A stretch of DNA of 64,000 nt from Methanosarcinales archaeon (lineage in GTDB: Archaea; Halobacteriota; Methanosarcinia; Methanosarcinales; Methanocomedenaceae): positions 1,777-65,776 of the forward strand of contig JAIOQW010000336.1 in assembly GCA_021108405.1 (NCBI GenBank). The letters run 5' to 3'. The position numbers and the translations under genes were made by a program. Shown piece after piece: positions 63,581 through 64,000 of this stretch; the stretch's first letter is position 1; each line of letters opens with the position of its first letter. The notes under the pieces were generated by a model that saw only the letters and a list, made by a program, of their open reading frames with translations, was not told where the DNA came from and did not search any database.

Positions 63581-63834
63581 ATGACTAACATTATCGAATA
63601 CTCTAAAGCTAATAGTCAGGTAAGAACCGAAATGGATTTGCCAATGTATATAATGTATGAAGAGTTTAAAAAATCTATTATTCACTATCAGGGAAAGATC
63701 AGTTACTTTGCGGTCTGATGTGGGAGACCGGCGGCAGGATATCAGATATCTTAAATCTCAAATGGGCAGACATTAATTTTAATAAAAAATTAGTAACTAT
63801 TCAGCCCTTCTCAAATTCCGACAAACTTATTTAA
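63581..63834 (+). pseudogene. Tyrosine recombinase/integrase remnant (frameshifted and 3'-truncated)
   Basis: ATG 63581 gives a 45-codon ORF ending at TGA 63716-18. A second frame, open from 63670 to TAA 63832-34, reads ..GKDQLLCGLMWETGGRISDILNLKWADINFNKKLVTIQP. This is integrase box I with the catalytic Arg. The boxes with the catalytic His and Tyr are absent. Confidence 0.65.
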
Positions 63835-63896
63835 TTTCTTCAGTTCTGAAACTTAAATACATCATTTCTTACCTAACGGCAGTACAATCAGAGAAC

Positions 63897-64000
63897 TTAT
63901 TTCTTTATGACTACGGTCTTGGCAATGATATCCCCCAAACGTTGTTTTTTATCTGAACTCCAGATGATTATCGCACCTACAAGATATCCAAAATTGCCAT
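63897..64000 (-). CDS. RDD-family membrane protein, 3' end only (gene continues beyond the window)
   Basis: Hand translation of the reverse strand: ..GNFGYLVGAIIIWSSDKKQRLGDIIAKTVVIKK* (stop at 63897-99). The QRLGD.IAKT.VV ending is typical of RDD domains. Confidence 0.5.
   Translation of the reverse strand, partial: GNFGYLVGAIIIWSSDKKQRLGDIIAKTVVIKK

Overview
This AT-rich window looks like an archaeal chromosomal segment, most plausibly from a Methanosarcinales-type methanogen or methanotroph. That assignment is an inference from five observations: a tRNA-Asn with a 24-nt intron at the canonical 37/38 position, PGF-CTERM-like tails, ADP-forming acetyl-CoA synthetase, Trm5, and an FwdC-like gene. 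All homology calls were made by eye from motifs, without any search.

Housekeeping genes make up roughly half the window. They are argS, purS, purQ, an IMPase-like gene next to NAD kinase, pyrH, map, Sua5/TsaC, trm5, nfo, an HD hydrolase, a radical SAM protein, and three tRNAs.

The rest is accessory.

(1) Three giant cell-surface beta-helix proteins lie at 1-2879, 7839-11660 and 51088-54576. One carries both a cohesin and a dockerin domain. Another has Gly/Tyr/Asp-rich loops encoded by near-perfect tandem repeats.

(2) An ~11.5-kb tightly packed locus (31214-42799) is the best candidate for an undescribed system. It has six paralogous Cys-rich beta-helix modules in five ORFs, a PapD-like protein, a TPR-plus-polytopic membrane protein, an ExbB/TolQ-like plus ExbD-like (DUF2149-type) pair, and two paralogous VKOR-type thioredoxin-like domains.

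(3) Two families of interspersed, hairpin-rich intergenic repeats occur, with six copies of family A and four loci of family B. Both show compensatory changes in their stems.

(4) A visibly GC-richer ~3-kb insertion (about 22725-25670) is bracketed by decayed toxin-antitoxin modules. It carries a methyltransferase with an in-frame TGA.

(5) Several gene relics are present: two DUF4143 ATPase fragments, a head-to-head truncation junction at ~28950, and an integrase remnant at 63581-63834. The integrase remnant sits next to a cytoplasmic gingipain-like (C25) protease operon.

No CRISPR array, rRNA or intact transposase was seen.
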